Below, piece after piece: positions 15,879 through 24,635 of a stretch of 43,268 bases of DNA. Both the position numbers and the translations under genes were made by a program. The DNA comes from a virus, in the UHGV virus genome UHGV-0205610, one strand, 5' to 3'. Position 1 is the stretch's first letter; each line of letters opens with the position of its first letter. The notes beneath the pieces were generated by a model that had not been told where the DNA came from, did not search any database, and was given only the letters and a program-made list of their open reading frames with translations.

Positions 15879-16250
15879 ATGACGCTGTTTGAAAGGTTAA
15901 AATTTTTGGCAAAGAAACAAGGAAAATCAATCAATGACGTAGAAAATGATATGGGGTATTCAAAAAATACATTGTATAGGTTTAAAAATACTAACCCCAG
16001 CGCAAAAAAACTCCAAGAAATAGCTGATTATTTTCAAGTATCTGCCGACTATCTTCTTGGGCGTACTGATAACCCTAACTTAGATCGCGAGAAAATGCCA
16101 AAAGAAATCGATGTCAAAGATGATACTGTCATCATGACCTATGGCGGAAAACCTGTTTCAGATAAAGATCGTGAAATCATTCTTGCAGCAACACGAGCTC
16201 TTGTTGAACAAAGGGCACGTGAAGAGGAAGAAAGAAAAAAATCTAAGTAG
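15879..16250 (+). CDS. CI-like XRE-family repressor
   Basis: HTH (GKSINDVENDMGYSKNTLYRF) followed by a second domain. The ORF track starts at 15807; the internal ATG at 15879 (MTLFERLK) follows GGTGAGGAG. Confidence 0.75.
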   Translation: MTLFERLKFLAKKQGKSINDVENDMGYSKNTLYRFKNTNPSAKKLQEIADYFQVSADYLLGRTDNPNLDREKMPKEIDVKDDTVIMTYGGKPVSDKDREIILAATRALVEQRAREEEERKKSK

Positions 16251-16258
16251 GTGTCTGT

Positions 16259-16669
16259 ATGTTAATTTTTTTGAGGAACTTTGCCAAAAAAATAGGTGTG
16301 GATGTACTCTATTTAGATGATATTGATGAGGATGGGTGCTATCTGCCAGAACACAATGTAATATACATCCATCCTGGATTGTCTGAATACGAAGAAATCC
16401 AAGTTTTGTCACATGAATTATCCCATGCTTCTAAGCATAAAAATTTCTACAACGAGTACAGAGACTCTTATATTTCACATTGTAAAGCGGAAAACGAGGC
16501 AGATATAGAAGCAGTAAAAACTTCTCTATCGCATTATTTAAACAATGCACAAGTGACTGATAGATCACAATTAAACTGGATTTATTTCATGGATTGCTAT
16601 AATATCGATTATTCATTAGAGCCAGTCGTAAAGAAATGGATGCCTATCATTTATCAACAAGTGTGTTGA
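16259..16669 (+). CDS. ImmA/IrrE-family metallopeptidase (anti-repressor protease)
   Basis: HEXXH motif HELSHASKH. Immediately downstream of the XRE repressor, the canonical ImmR/ImmA arrangement. Confidence 0.8.
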   Translation: MLIFLRNFAKKIGVDVLYLDDIDEDGCYLPEHNVIYIHPGLSEYEEIQVLSHELSHASKHKNFYNEYRDSYISHCKAENEADIEAVKTSLSHYLNNAQVTDRSQLNWIYFMDCYNIDYSLEPVVKKWMPIIYQQVC

Positions 16670-16722
16670 TTATTATTTTTTAACAACTGACGAACGTACG
16701 TTCGTTAAAAGGAGGACATTTT

Positions 16723-17967
16723 ATGGCAACATTCAGGAAAAGAGGAAAAAAATGGGAGTATCGAATTCGCTACGTTGATCCAATTACTGGAAAAAAGGCT
16801 GAGCATAGCAAAGGTGGATTTGATACAAAGCCAGAAGCAGAATATGCAGCTGCAGAAGCGTATATTAATGTTAAAGACGGAACCGTGGCTAAAAACCCAA
16901 ATATTCTGTTCAGAGACTACGCAGACAGTTGGTTTGATACTTATAAAGGTTCTGTCAAAGAAACGTCTCTACGATCACGTGAGACCTATTTAAACACACT
17001 CAAAGATACATTTAAACAATTGCGGTTGAACAAACTCACTCACAACCTTTATCAAAAGAAATTGAATGAGCTATCTAAACGATATAAACGGAATTCACTT
17101 ATAGCCGTGAACCAGGTCGCGCAGATGATTGCAAAGCAAGCAGTAAAAGATGGATACTTCAAAGCAAATCCCATTGCCGACATAAAAATACCGCATTACG
17201 AAGATTCAAACGAAAAAATCGAATTTTGGGAATTAGTCGATATCCAAAAATTTAGAGATTATTGCTTATCTGAAATAAATAAAAAGAGAAAAAAAGGTAG
17301 TTACTACATCACATTAGAAAAACAACGCGATCTCGCTTTGTTTTATTTGCTGATTTATGGTGGATTTAGAATAGGCGAAGCTTGTGCACTGCACATGAAT
17401 GATTATTACCCACTGACCAAAGAAATCAATATATCAAAAACATTGGGTTCACCAGCTTCAAATCAATTAAAAAATAGCTATAAGATTTTTCCGCCAAAAA
17501 CAAAAAGTGCTTATAGGACTATTCCTCTACCAGAGATTGCCTATAAGCAACTAGAAAATTGGATAAACCTACGAAATGAATATGTTGAACTCTTTCCGTT
17601 AGTTTTTCAAGAATCACAATTTTTATTTTGTAAAAAAGACGGTTCACCCATGACTCCTAGAGACATGAGAACTAAATTTAACGTGATAATAAACAAAGCA
17701 AATCTAACAAAAATTACATTACATGGCTTGCGCCACACATACACTGCTCTGCAAATCCAAGCGGGGACTGATCCGAAATCATTGCAGATGTTACTAGGTC
17801 ATTCTAATGTAAAAACCACTTTAGACATTTATGCCCACATTACCGGAGACAAACGTAGAGAAACTATTTCGCAATTCGATAAAATGCTTAAGCAACTCGA
17901 TAGCGGGGCAAAAGCGGGGCAAGACGAAAATCAACAAAAAAACAACAGCGAGAATAGCGCTATATAA
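16723..17967 (+). CDS. int: tyrosine site-specific integrase
   Basis: N-terminal arm-binding/SAM-like region. C-terminal catalytic box LHGLRHTYTALQIQAGTDPKSLQMLLGHSNVKTTLDIYAHI (R..HxxR..Y). AAAGGAGG RBS. Confidence 0.9.
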   Translation: MATFRKRGKKWEYRIRYVDPITGKKAEHSKGGFDTKPEAEYAAAEAYINVKDGTVAKNPNILFRDYADSWFDTYKGSVKETSLRSRETYLNTLKDTFKQLRLNKLTHNLYQKKLNELSKRYKRNSLIAVNQVAQMIAKQAVKDGYFKANPIADIKIPHYEDSNEKIEFWELVDIQKFRDYCLSEINKKRKKGSYYITLEKQRDLALFYLLIYGGFRIGEACALHMNDYYPLTKEINISKTLGSPASNQLKNSYKIFPPKTKSAYRTIPLPEIAYKQLENWINLRNEYVELFPLVFQESQFLFCKKDGSPMTPRDMRTKFNVIINKANLTKITLHGLRHTYTALQIQAGTDPKSLQMLLGHSNVKTTLDIYAHITGDKRRETISQFDKMLKQLDSGAKAGQDENQQKNNSENSAI

Positions 17968-18230
17968 AGCCTTTTTCAAGGTACGATTCGACCTTCGTCG
18001 CAATCAAATCGATCTAAAATACGTTAAAACAGTTATATATAAGGGGGCGTACATTCCTTAAGAACAGCTATATCATAACCTTTCTACCCATATTAATACT
18101 TATCAATTTAAAATTGGCGGGGCGAAAGCGGGGCGTTCAGTCAAACTAAATTAGTTAAAACCATGTTCCTTTTCTTCTATAGAATGATAGAATATCAGTA
18201 ATAACTATTCTATCGAAAGAAGGGATTTAC
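17968..18230. other. Candidate attP / regulatory intergenic region downstream of int
   Basis: Paired GCGGGGC heptamers at 18117-18134, matching a copy inside the int 3-prime end at 17903-17920. 10-bp palindrome TTCTATAGAA at 18175-18184. 8-bp inverted repeat GATAGAAT/ATTCTATC at 18186-18193 and 18207-18214. Confidence 0.3.
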
Positions 18231-19436
18231 GTGAAAAAAATTGTCGGGGTTCTTACCTTGCTGTTACTGCCTTTCCTGCTGACAGCGTGCGGGAAAAATA
18301 TAACTGTTGATGATTTAAAAGCTCATAATTGGGTAACTGAAGCTACTAATGATGAACCAAGTATGATCGTCAAATTTACTGATCATATCGTTAGTTTTAA
18401 AGTTGATGTCGACTCAATGAAATCGACTGCGTCGAACGAATGGGAAAACATCGGCGAAGAATTAGGCAAAAGTATTGTCGATGAAATGGAATTTAAATAC
18501 GAATACACTTTAGATAAAAATAATTTGACTTGGATTGATGACGAGGATAAAAACAACAACGCTGTCTATGACCTTGAAAAAGATGGGAATAATTTAGTCC
18601 TAACACCTAACAAAGACGAAAATGAGAAAGATAGAGAAAAATTGGTTTTAAAACCTTACTCGAAAAAAGCTAAGGTAAAGAATAGCTCCACCACTTCGAC
18701 TAAAAAGATAACGAAAGAAGCAGTCGATTTAAATACCGTTGTTGATCAATTCAAAAAGGACGGACTAGAAGTAAACAATCTAAGAAAAATGACCAAAGAT
18801 GATTACGAATCTGCCCCTTTAAAAGCAAAAAACGGAATGATTTTTGGTGTACAAATGGGATCTGACGGAGAATATCAGAATGCACGTATTTTTTCTTTTG
18901 AAAATATAGATGATTTGAACGATACCAAAAAATACTATGACGATCTTGGTAAAGAATCATCTATGACTTTTTCCTATACTGCTGCGAATGAGGATAAATT
19001 AGTGTTAATGCAGTTCAATGGGGATTTGCCAAAAGAAGTCGTCGATAAGTATGTAAATAATGCAGATCTGACCTTAACACCCGTAAGTTTCGATACAAGT
19101 TCTCAAGATACGCAAGTTGATAACACGAATAGTTCTACAGATACTGCTAGTCCAGAACAGCAACAAACACAACAAGAACAAACTGCTCGACAACAGGATC
19201 AAGCTCAGCAAACCCAAGACCAACAGCAACAAGCTAATCAACAAACACAACAGGATCAGCAGCAAAGTGACACACAAAATGATGCCAATGCTCAATACGG
19301 AACTGTTCAACCTGGCGAAGGACCTCAACAAATCGCTGGACGATATGGAATTTCTGTCGATGAACTATTCGATGCAAATGGAATGGATAGAAGCAATTTC
19401 TATTTTGATCCAGGCCAACAAATTCGAATTAAATAA
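18231..19436 (+). CDS. LysM-domain lipoprotein with Q-rich low-complexity linker (moron)
   Basis: GTG start. Signal peptide plus lipobox LLTAC. Gln-rich repeat region (QQQTQQEQTARQQDQAQQTQDQQQQ). C-terminal LysM (QYGTVQPGEGPQQIAGRYGISVDELFDANGM). Confidence 0.7.
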   Translation: MKKIVGVLTLLLLPFLLTACGKNITVDDLKAHNWVTEATNDEPSMIVKFTDHIVSFKVDVDSMKSTASNEWENIGEELGKSIVDEMEFKYEYTLDKNNLTWIDDEDKNNNAVYDLEKDGNNLVLTPNKDENEKDREKLVLKPYSKKAKVKNSSTTSTKKITKEAVDLNTVVDQFKKDGLEVNNLRKMTKDDYESAPLKAKNGMIFGVQMGSDGEYQNARIFSFENIDDLNDTKKYYDDLGKESSMTFSYTAANEDKLVLMQFNGDLPKEVVDKYVNNADLTLTPVSFDTSSQDTQVDNTNSSTDTASPEQQQTQQEQTARQQDQAQQTQDQQQQANQQTQQDQQQSDTQNDANAQYGTVQPGEGPQQIAGRYGISVDELFDANGMDRSNFYFDPGQQIRIK

Positions 19437-19440
19437 AATA

Positions 19441-19487
19441 AAAAAACACCCTCCACAACCACCTAAGGCTGTAGAGGGTGTTTGCTT
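19441..19487. terminator. Bidirectional rho-independent terminator between the lipoprotein gene and the endolysin gene
   Basis: CACCCTC...GAGGGTG stem flanked by an A-run on one side and a T-run on the other. Confidence 0.65.
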
Positions 19488-20501
19488 TTAGTATTTGAAT
19501 CCTTTTATATGTGCTGGATTAATATTGACATCTTTCGCTTTACCCATCTCCTGAATTTCTTTCAAGACGATTGGTGCGTCGTGATCGTTAAAGCCTTCAC
19601 CTTTGACGCGTACATCGTAAGTTCCGTAGCTATTAGCTTCTGCGTACGTTTGTCTATCCAACAATACATCTTTCAGGAAGTTGCGCATATGCCCTTCTAT
19701 TTTTTTGCTTTGTTCATCATTAAGATTCCTAGCTTCAATTTTAATGATAGGTTTATCTCCATCAACAATCGCAATATTTTGCTGCATATAAGTTGGATAG
19801 TATGACTTTAGTTCTTGTTTCAAGCGATTTACAGCGTTCTCGTATTTCCACTTAGAATCACACGAGATTATTAAAGTATAAACCTTGTTCGGCTGAAACA
19901 CTCGTTTTACTTGATCGCGCAATAAAGTCCATGCATATCGTGTTTGAATGCGTTGCACCATTTTAACCGCTTGATCTTTCGACACGTTGTCAATCGCGAT
20001 ACCGTTTTTATTTCCAGTTGCAGGTGTTGTTGTCGCTGTATTCGACGATGTTGAACTAGATGCTCCAGTTTTTAAACGGTACGCATAAAAATAAGGACAT
20101 CCGGCCATCACCCATCGTTGATCGTGATTAGCAATGATCGTAGTCATTTTCCAACCAGTGCATTCAATCCAGTTTTGATTATCTAGTGCTACGCCTGTAT
20201 GACCGCCTGCTCCTGCAGAGTAACCCTTTTTGCCCCAAATAATTACATCGCCGCGTTGCATTGGAAAGTCTGTATTTTCTGCAATCTTTTCATACCCTAG
20301 CTTTAGAAGATAGTCATGTAGTGTTTCAGTGCTAGGAATATATCCATAGTTAAAACCACCAGATTCACGTAAAATACGATAAACAGAGCCTGAACAGTCG
20401 CATGTACCATCTGTGTAATAACGAGAACCATACATGCTGTAGTAGCAATTATTTACAAATTTTTGAACTACAGCTAACCCTTTTTCGATATTAATAGCCA
20501 T
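19488..20501 (-). CDS. endolysin (N-terminal Cys/His peptidoglycan hydrolase domain, S/T-rich linker, C-terminal cell-wall-binding domain)
   Basis: N-terminal CDCSGSVYRIL and GGHTGVAL look like a Cys-His hydrolase pair. Linker TGASSSTSSNTATTTPATG. Position after the holin at the end of the late operon. Confidence 0.65.
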   Translation of the reverse strand: MAINIEKGLAVVQKFVNNCYYSMYGSRYYTDGTCDCSGSVYRILRESGGFNYGYIPSTETLHDYLLKLGYEKIAENTDFPMQRGDVIIWGKKGYSAGAGGHTGVALDNQNWIECTGWKMTTIIANHDQRWVMAGCPYFYAYRLKTGASSSTSSNTATTTPATGNKNGIAIDNVSKDQAVKMVQRIQTRYAWTLLRDQVKRVFQPNKVYTLIISCDSKWKYENAVNRLKQELKSYYPTYMQQNIAIVDGDKPIIKIEARNLNDEQSKKIEGHMRNFLKDVLLDRQTYAEANSYGTYDVRVKGEGFNDHDAPIVLKEIQEMGKAKDVNINPAHIKGFKY

Positions 20502-20619
20502 TATTTTTTCTCCTCTTTTTCTTCTTTGACGTTTTCGATTTCTTTTGGTTGAGGTTGTAGCCCAACATTTTTATCATCTGATTTTTCGTAAAGTTCCTTC
20601 GCTTTTTTCATATCCATTT

Positions 20620-21003
20620 TTATTTTCCCTCCTTTTCAGACGTATCTTTTAATTTAGAAAATCTATCTTTTATCCAATCAGGAAAAGGCACGCCTAGTTG
20701 CCCTAAGTTTTCAACAATTGAAATACCATAAACTGCAATGTAGAAGAATACAAAGCTCGTCGCAATTGCTTCAAATCCCATTATTTTTAAATATGGATAA
20801 GCAACAATTACTAAACAAATAACTAATAGATGCTTAACAATTCCTAGTAATCCTTTCGTACTATTCCCTTCTTTGACAAAAAAACCTTTGCATAATCCAG
20901 TTACGATATCCCCAAAAACAAGCCATACAAAAACCTGTAAATATCCATTACTCAACAAATTCTTAAATTCATGTAGTAAAACTCCGTTGTCTAAAATCAC
21001 CAA
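20620..21003 (-). CDS. holin (phage_holin_4 / LL-H-like family)
   Basis: 127 aa with three hydrophobic segments and a charged C-terminus; directly upstream of the endolysin. TTG start. Confidence 0.65.
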   Translation of the reverse strand: MVILDNGVLLHEFKNLLSNGYLQVFVWLVFGDIVTGLCKGFFVKEGNSTKGLLGIVKHLLVICLVIVAYPYLKIMGFEAIATSFVFFYIAVYGISIVENLGQLGVPFPDWIKDRFSKLKDTSEKEGK

Positions 21004-21065
21004 TTTGTACCACCCTTCCTTAGAATTGAAAAGCCTCGTTCGAAAACGAGACTAAAAAAATAAGC

Positions 21066-21194
21066 CTAAAAGGCTTCTCCAGTAATTCGCTCAAATTGTG
21101 CTTCAGTAATGCAGGTAGGAACAAACTCCCTTACTTGCTTCGTTGTGAAGCATCCCCAGTCAAACATCATCTTAACGTCTGTGTAAGTGAACAT
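21066..21194 (-). CDS. xkdX: XkdX-family small phage protein (42 aa), not in the ORF track
   Basis: Translates as MFTYTDVKMMFDWGCFTTKQVREFVPTCITEAQFERITGEAF, matching the XkdX signature (F.wG..T.eQV...V...ITeeqf..ITGe.f). Start overlaps the stop of the upstream gene. Confidence 0.6.
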   Translation of the reverse strand: MFTYTDVKMMFDWGCFTTKQVREFVPTCITEAQFERITGEAF

Positions 21195-21568
21195 TATTCA
21201 GCACCTCCGATTTGCGTTTTTAGCGTTTCAATTTCTTTATTGATTGCGACATCATTCAGCATTAATTTGGCATTAAGTTGCGCCATCGAATCAGTTTTAG
21301 CAGTTAGTACCGCATTTGATTCTTTTAGAGCAGTGTTATCAACTTGAAGCCCAGCAGAAATGTTTTCCAATAATTCAATTTTCTTCGAATAATCTTGTGT
21401 GACTGCTTCTTCCCATTTCTTCTCTGCAAAATTGTAGAATTGAGATTGAACATTTTTTAGTCCTTCTAGCGGTTTAACTTCAACAAAAGGTAAAACTACT
21501 GGAAAGCCATCTTCCACTTCGTGCGGCTCATATCCTAATGGATACAACACTTTATAAATTGTTTTCAT
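21194..21568 (-). CDS. XkdW-like protein (tentative)
   Basis: 124 aa; position between the tail fibres and XkdX/holin/lysin, as in PBSX-like late regions. Confidence 0.35.
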   Translation of the reverse strand: MKTIYKVLYPLGYEPHEVEDGFPVVLPFVEVKPLEGLKNVQSQFYNFAEKKWEEAVTQDYSKKIELLENISAGLQVDNTALKESNAVLTAKTDSMAQLNAKLMLNDVAINKEIETLKTQIGGAE

Positions 21569-21579
21569 TGTCTATCCCC

Positions 21580-22074
21580 CTAAAGTTTGTTCTTCGCAAA
21601 ATACATTGCAGATCCTGCGTAATACTTATTAGCATCTAATCCCCAAAGAGCGGTAATTTTACCTGATGCATCAATAGTCAATGCTTTATCTTCAGTAACA
21701 TCAACCTGAATCGAATAAGCAGGAATAATATCTGTTTCTAAATTGCCAATCAGATTGCCACCTGAGTTAATATTTGCTGAACGACATTGAAAGTTAAAGT
21801 TAACCAAAACCATATCGCCGTACCGAACGAATCGTACTACCCCAGACTGGATTGAAGAGTCTGTGGCACTTGTGTGATCATATACCTTCTCACCATTCTG
21901 GATCAAAACATTTTTGCTTTTTGACTGCACACCATCTTGGAAATTTTTTACTCCTAAAATAGTCTCATTTCCAGTTGCTTTAACCAATTTACCATCCACA
22001 CCGTCAATCGCATCGGCATGTGTCTTTAGATATTTTGCAACGCCATCTTCTTTTAGTTGTACAATATCCGACAT
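21580..22074 (-). CDS. tail fibre / receptor-binding-related protein (164 aa)
   Basis: N-terminus MSDIVQLKEDGVAKY is paralogous to the N-terminus of the next gene. Confidence 0.4.
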   Translation of the reverse strand: MSDIVQLKEDGVAKYLKTHADAIDGVDGKLVKATGNETILGVKNFQDGVQSKSKNVLIQNGEKVYDHTSATDSSIQSGVVRFVRYGDMVLVNFNFQCRSANINSGGNLIGNLETDIIPAYSIQVDVTEDKALTIDASGKITALWGLDANKYYAGSAMYFAKNKL

Positions 22075-22433
22075 TAAACTTCGCCTACTTTCTCAAATGT
22101 AATATTGTTTAATCCGTCTAACTTAGTCTTATCCGCAGCCGACATCAGTCCATTTGTTGAAGTTGTCGCAACAGCAGTCGTAGTAGCATTTGTTCCAGGA
22201 TCGCCCTTATCACCTTTTGGAAGAACAAAGTTAAATTTTGCAGCTGAAGTCGTACCTGCATTGGTAACTGAAGCAGTCGTTCCACTTGTTACGGTTCCTA
22301 CTGTGATTGTGGCAGCATTTCCCGGATCACCTTTATCTCCTTTGAGTAATGTGGGTTTGCCTTCGATTGCCTCCCAATGTGATTGAGGATAGACCTGCGC
22401 CCCATCCTGTTTCACTTTTACAATATCTGTCAT
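22074..22433 (-). CDS. collagen-like repeat tail fibre protein (119 aa)
   Basis: GDKGDPG collagen-like triplets twice. C-terminal ...ITFEKVGEV. Confidence 0.5.
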   Translation of the reverse strand: MTDIVKVKQDGAQVYPQSHWEAIEGKPTLLKGDKGDPGNAATITVGTVTSGTTASVTNAGTTSAAKFNFVLPKGDKGDPGTNATTTAVATTSTNGLMSAADKTKLDGLNNITFEKVGEV

Positions 22434-22437
22434 TTAT

Positions 22438-23235
22438 TTAAACCTCCCCTACCTTTTCGAACGTCATACTCGGAATCTTAGAGTCTGCATAAGCTTTGGC
22501 GTTTTGATAGGCTTCAGATGCTTTTTCGTCAACATATTCTTGGCTCACTCCGCCGCCTTCACCGCCACCAGTAGCTGAAATCACACCAGTGTTACTAATG
22601 CTGATATTGGCACCAGCCGTATAATTGAATTGAGGATCAGCGCTTAAAGTGCCGTCATCGTCAATAGTCAGACGTTCTCCAACCCTAATGCCACCTTTTT
22701 CTTCAGCCGATGCGGTTGGAAGATTGTATTCTTCTCCGGGCTCGATCACTGCGCTGATGACTCCGTCTTCATCGATATTGATATTTTGTCCGGCAGAATA
22801 GTTTTGAAGAAAATCAAGCTTCTGCTTCATTTCAATAGTGAAGTTATAATCAGTTTGCTTTATAGCGGATAGTGTTCCTGTTTCGTCAATGGTTAATAGG
22901 TCACCGAGCTTAACACCGCCAAGCTTATCTATCCCCGCGACCGGCAATACATAATCTCCGGCCCCACTGTTTAAAATCTTTTGATACATCTCAGCAGTAA
23001 TAATCCCGTCATCAAACTCATTGGCGTAAGGTAATTCAGTAATGACATTACCTAGACCGAGATCTTCTTTTGTAATGACTACCGCTCCAACTTTCCCGTT
23101 TACAGACAACACTTTCGATTGACCAGAAATTATTTTTTCAAGTCCGATTACTGCTGAGATGTGAGTAACTGGAAAGAACTGACGTTGGACACCTGTTTTT
23201 TCATCAGTTTCCATCATGCGTTTTGCTTTAGCCAT
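22438..23235 (-). CDS. tail fibre / receptor-binding protein (265 aa)
   Basis: Internal repeats (GGVKLGDLLTIDETGTLSA / GGIRVGERLTIDDDGTLSA). C-terminal MTFEKVGEV. Confidence 0.45.
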   Translation of the reverse strand: MAKAKRMMETDEKTGVQRQFFPVTHISAVIGLEKIISGQSKVLSVNGKVGAVVITKEDLGLGNVITELPYANEFDDGIITAEMYQKILNSGAGDYVLPVAGIDKLGGVKLGDLLTIDETGTLSAIKQTDYNFTIEMKQKLDFLQNYSAGQNINIDEDGVISAVIEPGEEYNLPTASAEEKGGIRVGERLTIDDDGTLSADPQFNYTAGANISISNTGVISATGGGEGGGVSQEYVDEKASEAYQNAKAYADSKIPSMTFEKVGEV

Positions 23236-24143
23236 TAAATCACCCCAACTTTCTCAAGAGTGAATACGTTCTGTTTTGGATCATCAACAGTTGCAATCAC
23301 CAGTGCACCTTCTTCGATTGGGTAATTAATTGAGCTGACTTTTTCGACTTCGTGATTATCTGAGAATAGATCATCCTGTAGAATGTCCACAACTTCGATT
23401 TCACCATATTCAATCGTAAAGAGAGAAGCTCTAAGTTTTTGATATAAGTAATCTGCATCGGCTAACAATCGCTCTGAAATAGAATTGTGCCGTGTTCCTT
23501 GAATATCCACACGAGCATCCATCAACTCCGCCAACATCGTTCCACCGGGATCAATCCCCTTCAGGATGTCTTTGATTGATTCAAACCAAAGAAGGTAATC
23601 TGATTCTTGACCTGCTCGCCATGATTCAAACGTTTCTTTTTGATATTTGCTCCAAGTCTCAAACTCTTTCTTTCGATCGTTCATCCAATCAGTGAAGTCA
23701 CCCTTGTTTTCATTAAGGAAAGCAATCATGTCGATGATCAAATCTTCAACAGTCTGCCAATATGATCCCATCTCGCCTTCTGTTTTTGAAACAGCACGAA
23801 CGACAAAATAAGTGAAGTCTTGAGTGGTAGCAATCAAGTCCTCACCTTTATAAAACACAAGATTCGCTGTTTGCTTATGAATAGCCTGCATCGAATACTC
23901 ATCAAATGTGTACTGCACTTTACCGTTTTTCGCATCGATGATCTTTGCGGATCGTTGCACCGCTGAGCCGTTAGTCAAAAGGGCTTCAAAGTAAGCCTTG
24001 CACCCAGTCAGGTCGTAGGGCTTACCATTTTCAGTAATCAGAGCTTCCATAACTTCTGAGTTCCTATTGCCGTTTCTAACAGTCATGATCCCAACGTAAT
24101 TGAAGCTGTCTGTCGTGCTTAAGACGACGTTCCATTTTGCCAT
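23235..24143 (-). CDS. BppU-like baseplate upper protein
   Basis: N-terminus ...VVLSTTDSFNYVGIMTVRNGNRNSEVMEALITENGKPYDL resembles the BppU N-terminal domain of TP901-1-like phages. C-terminal FTLEKVGVI. Confidence 0.45.
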   Translation of the reverse strand: MAKWNVVLSTTDSFNYVGIMTVRNGNRNSEVMEALITENGKPYDLTGCKAYFEALLTNGSAVQRSAKIIDAKNGKVQYTFDEYSMQAIHKQTANLVFYKGEDLIATTQDFTYFVVRAVSKTEGEMGSYWQTVEDLIIDMIAFLNENKGDFTDWMNDRKKEFETWSKYQKETFESWRAGQESDYLLWFESIKDILKGIDPGGTMLAELMDARVDIQGTRHNSISERLLADADYLYQKLRASLFTIEYGEIEVVDILQDDLFSDNHEVEKVSSINYPIEEGALVIATVDDPKQNVFTLEKVGVI

Positions 24144-24625
24144 AGGTTCAACACTCCTTTCTCGAAATCTGGTGGAACGCAGATAGAAGCTATTTGTTCA
24201 GAATCGAAGAACTCTCGATCGTATTCTGCAACTATCTCTCCCAATTCCGCATTCTGTTCATAGGTTTGAAAACGCCCACTATTAAGCGATCGTATGACTC
24301 CGGTGTGTCCGAAAGTTTTCGATGCGCACCATGAATCCACCTTTGCCCCTCTCTTCCAATTGATAATCGCTCCGACTTCTAATTGATCATAGGTCGGCTC
24401 ATTGATTACTGACCAAAGATATAATGGCCATTGGTAGGCAGAACCAATATCAGCAGCAGAAAAGACATTGCCGTATCTCACCTTGATTTCATACTTTGTT
24501 CCGGCCCCCATGTCTGGACCAATCATTACACCAGCGTACTCAGCGGAAAGCGCATAGCATTGGTGATTTCCAACTGGCTGATTTATCAGGCTTTTCAAAT
24601 GATTCAATCCTTTTTTATCAATCAT
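24119..24625 (-). CDS. CHAP-domain peptidoglycan hydrolase (tail-associated)
   Basis: Catalytic Cys context NHQCYALSAEYAG and His context GHTGVI. The ORF track starts at 24664; the internal ATG at about 24625 follows AGGGGTG. Confidence 0.65.
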   Translation of the reverse strand: MIDKKGLNHLKSLINQPVGNHQCYALSAEYAGVMIGPDMGAGTKYEIKVRYGNVFSAADIGSAYQWPLYLWSVINEPTYDQLEVGAIINWKRGAKVDSWCASKTFGHTGVIRSLNSGRFQTYEQNAELGEIVAEYDREFFDSEQIASICVPPDFEKGVLNLWQNGTSS

Positions 24626-24635
24626 GCAATCACCC

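Noticed and set aside
16775-16993. 72-aa ORF inside the integrase gene
   Set aside because: Internal alternative frame of a confidently identified integrase.
19074-19491. ORFs 19074..19331 (-) and 19117..19491 (+) overlapping the lipoprotein gene 3-prime half
   Set aside because: Generated by the CAA/CAG repeat region of the Q-rich linker; Leu/Ser low-complexity translations; no independent signals.
20501-20617. 38-aa hydrophilic ORF (MDMKKAKELYEKSDDKNVGLQPQPKEIENVKEEKEEKK) between holin and endolysin, overlapping the lysin start by 1 nt
   Set aside because: Could be a real spacer protein, but it has no hydrophobic segment and no recognisable family; too weak to call without conservation data.
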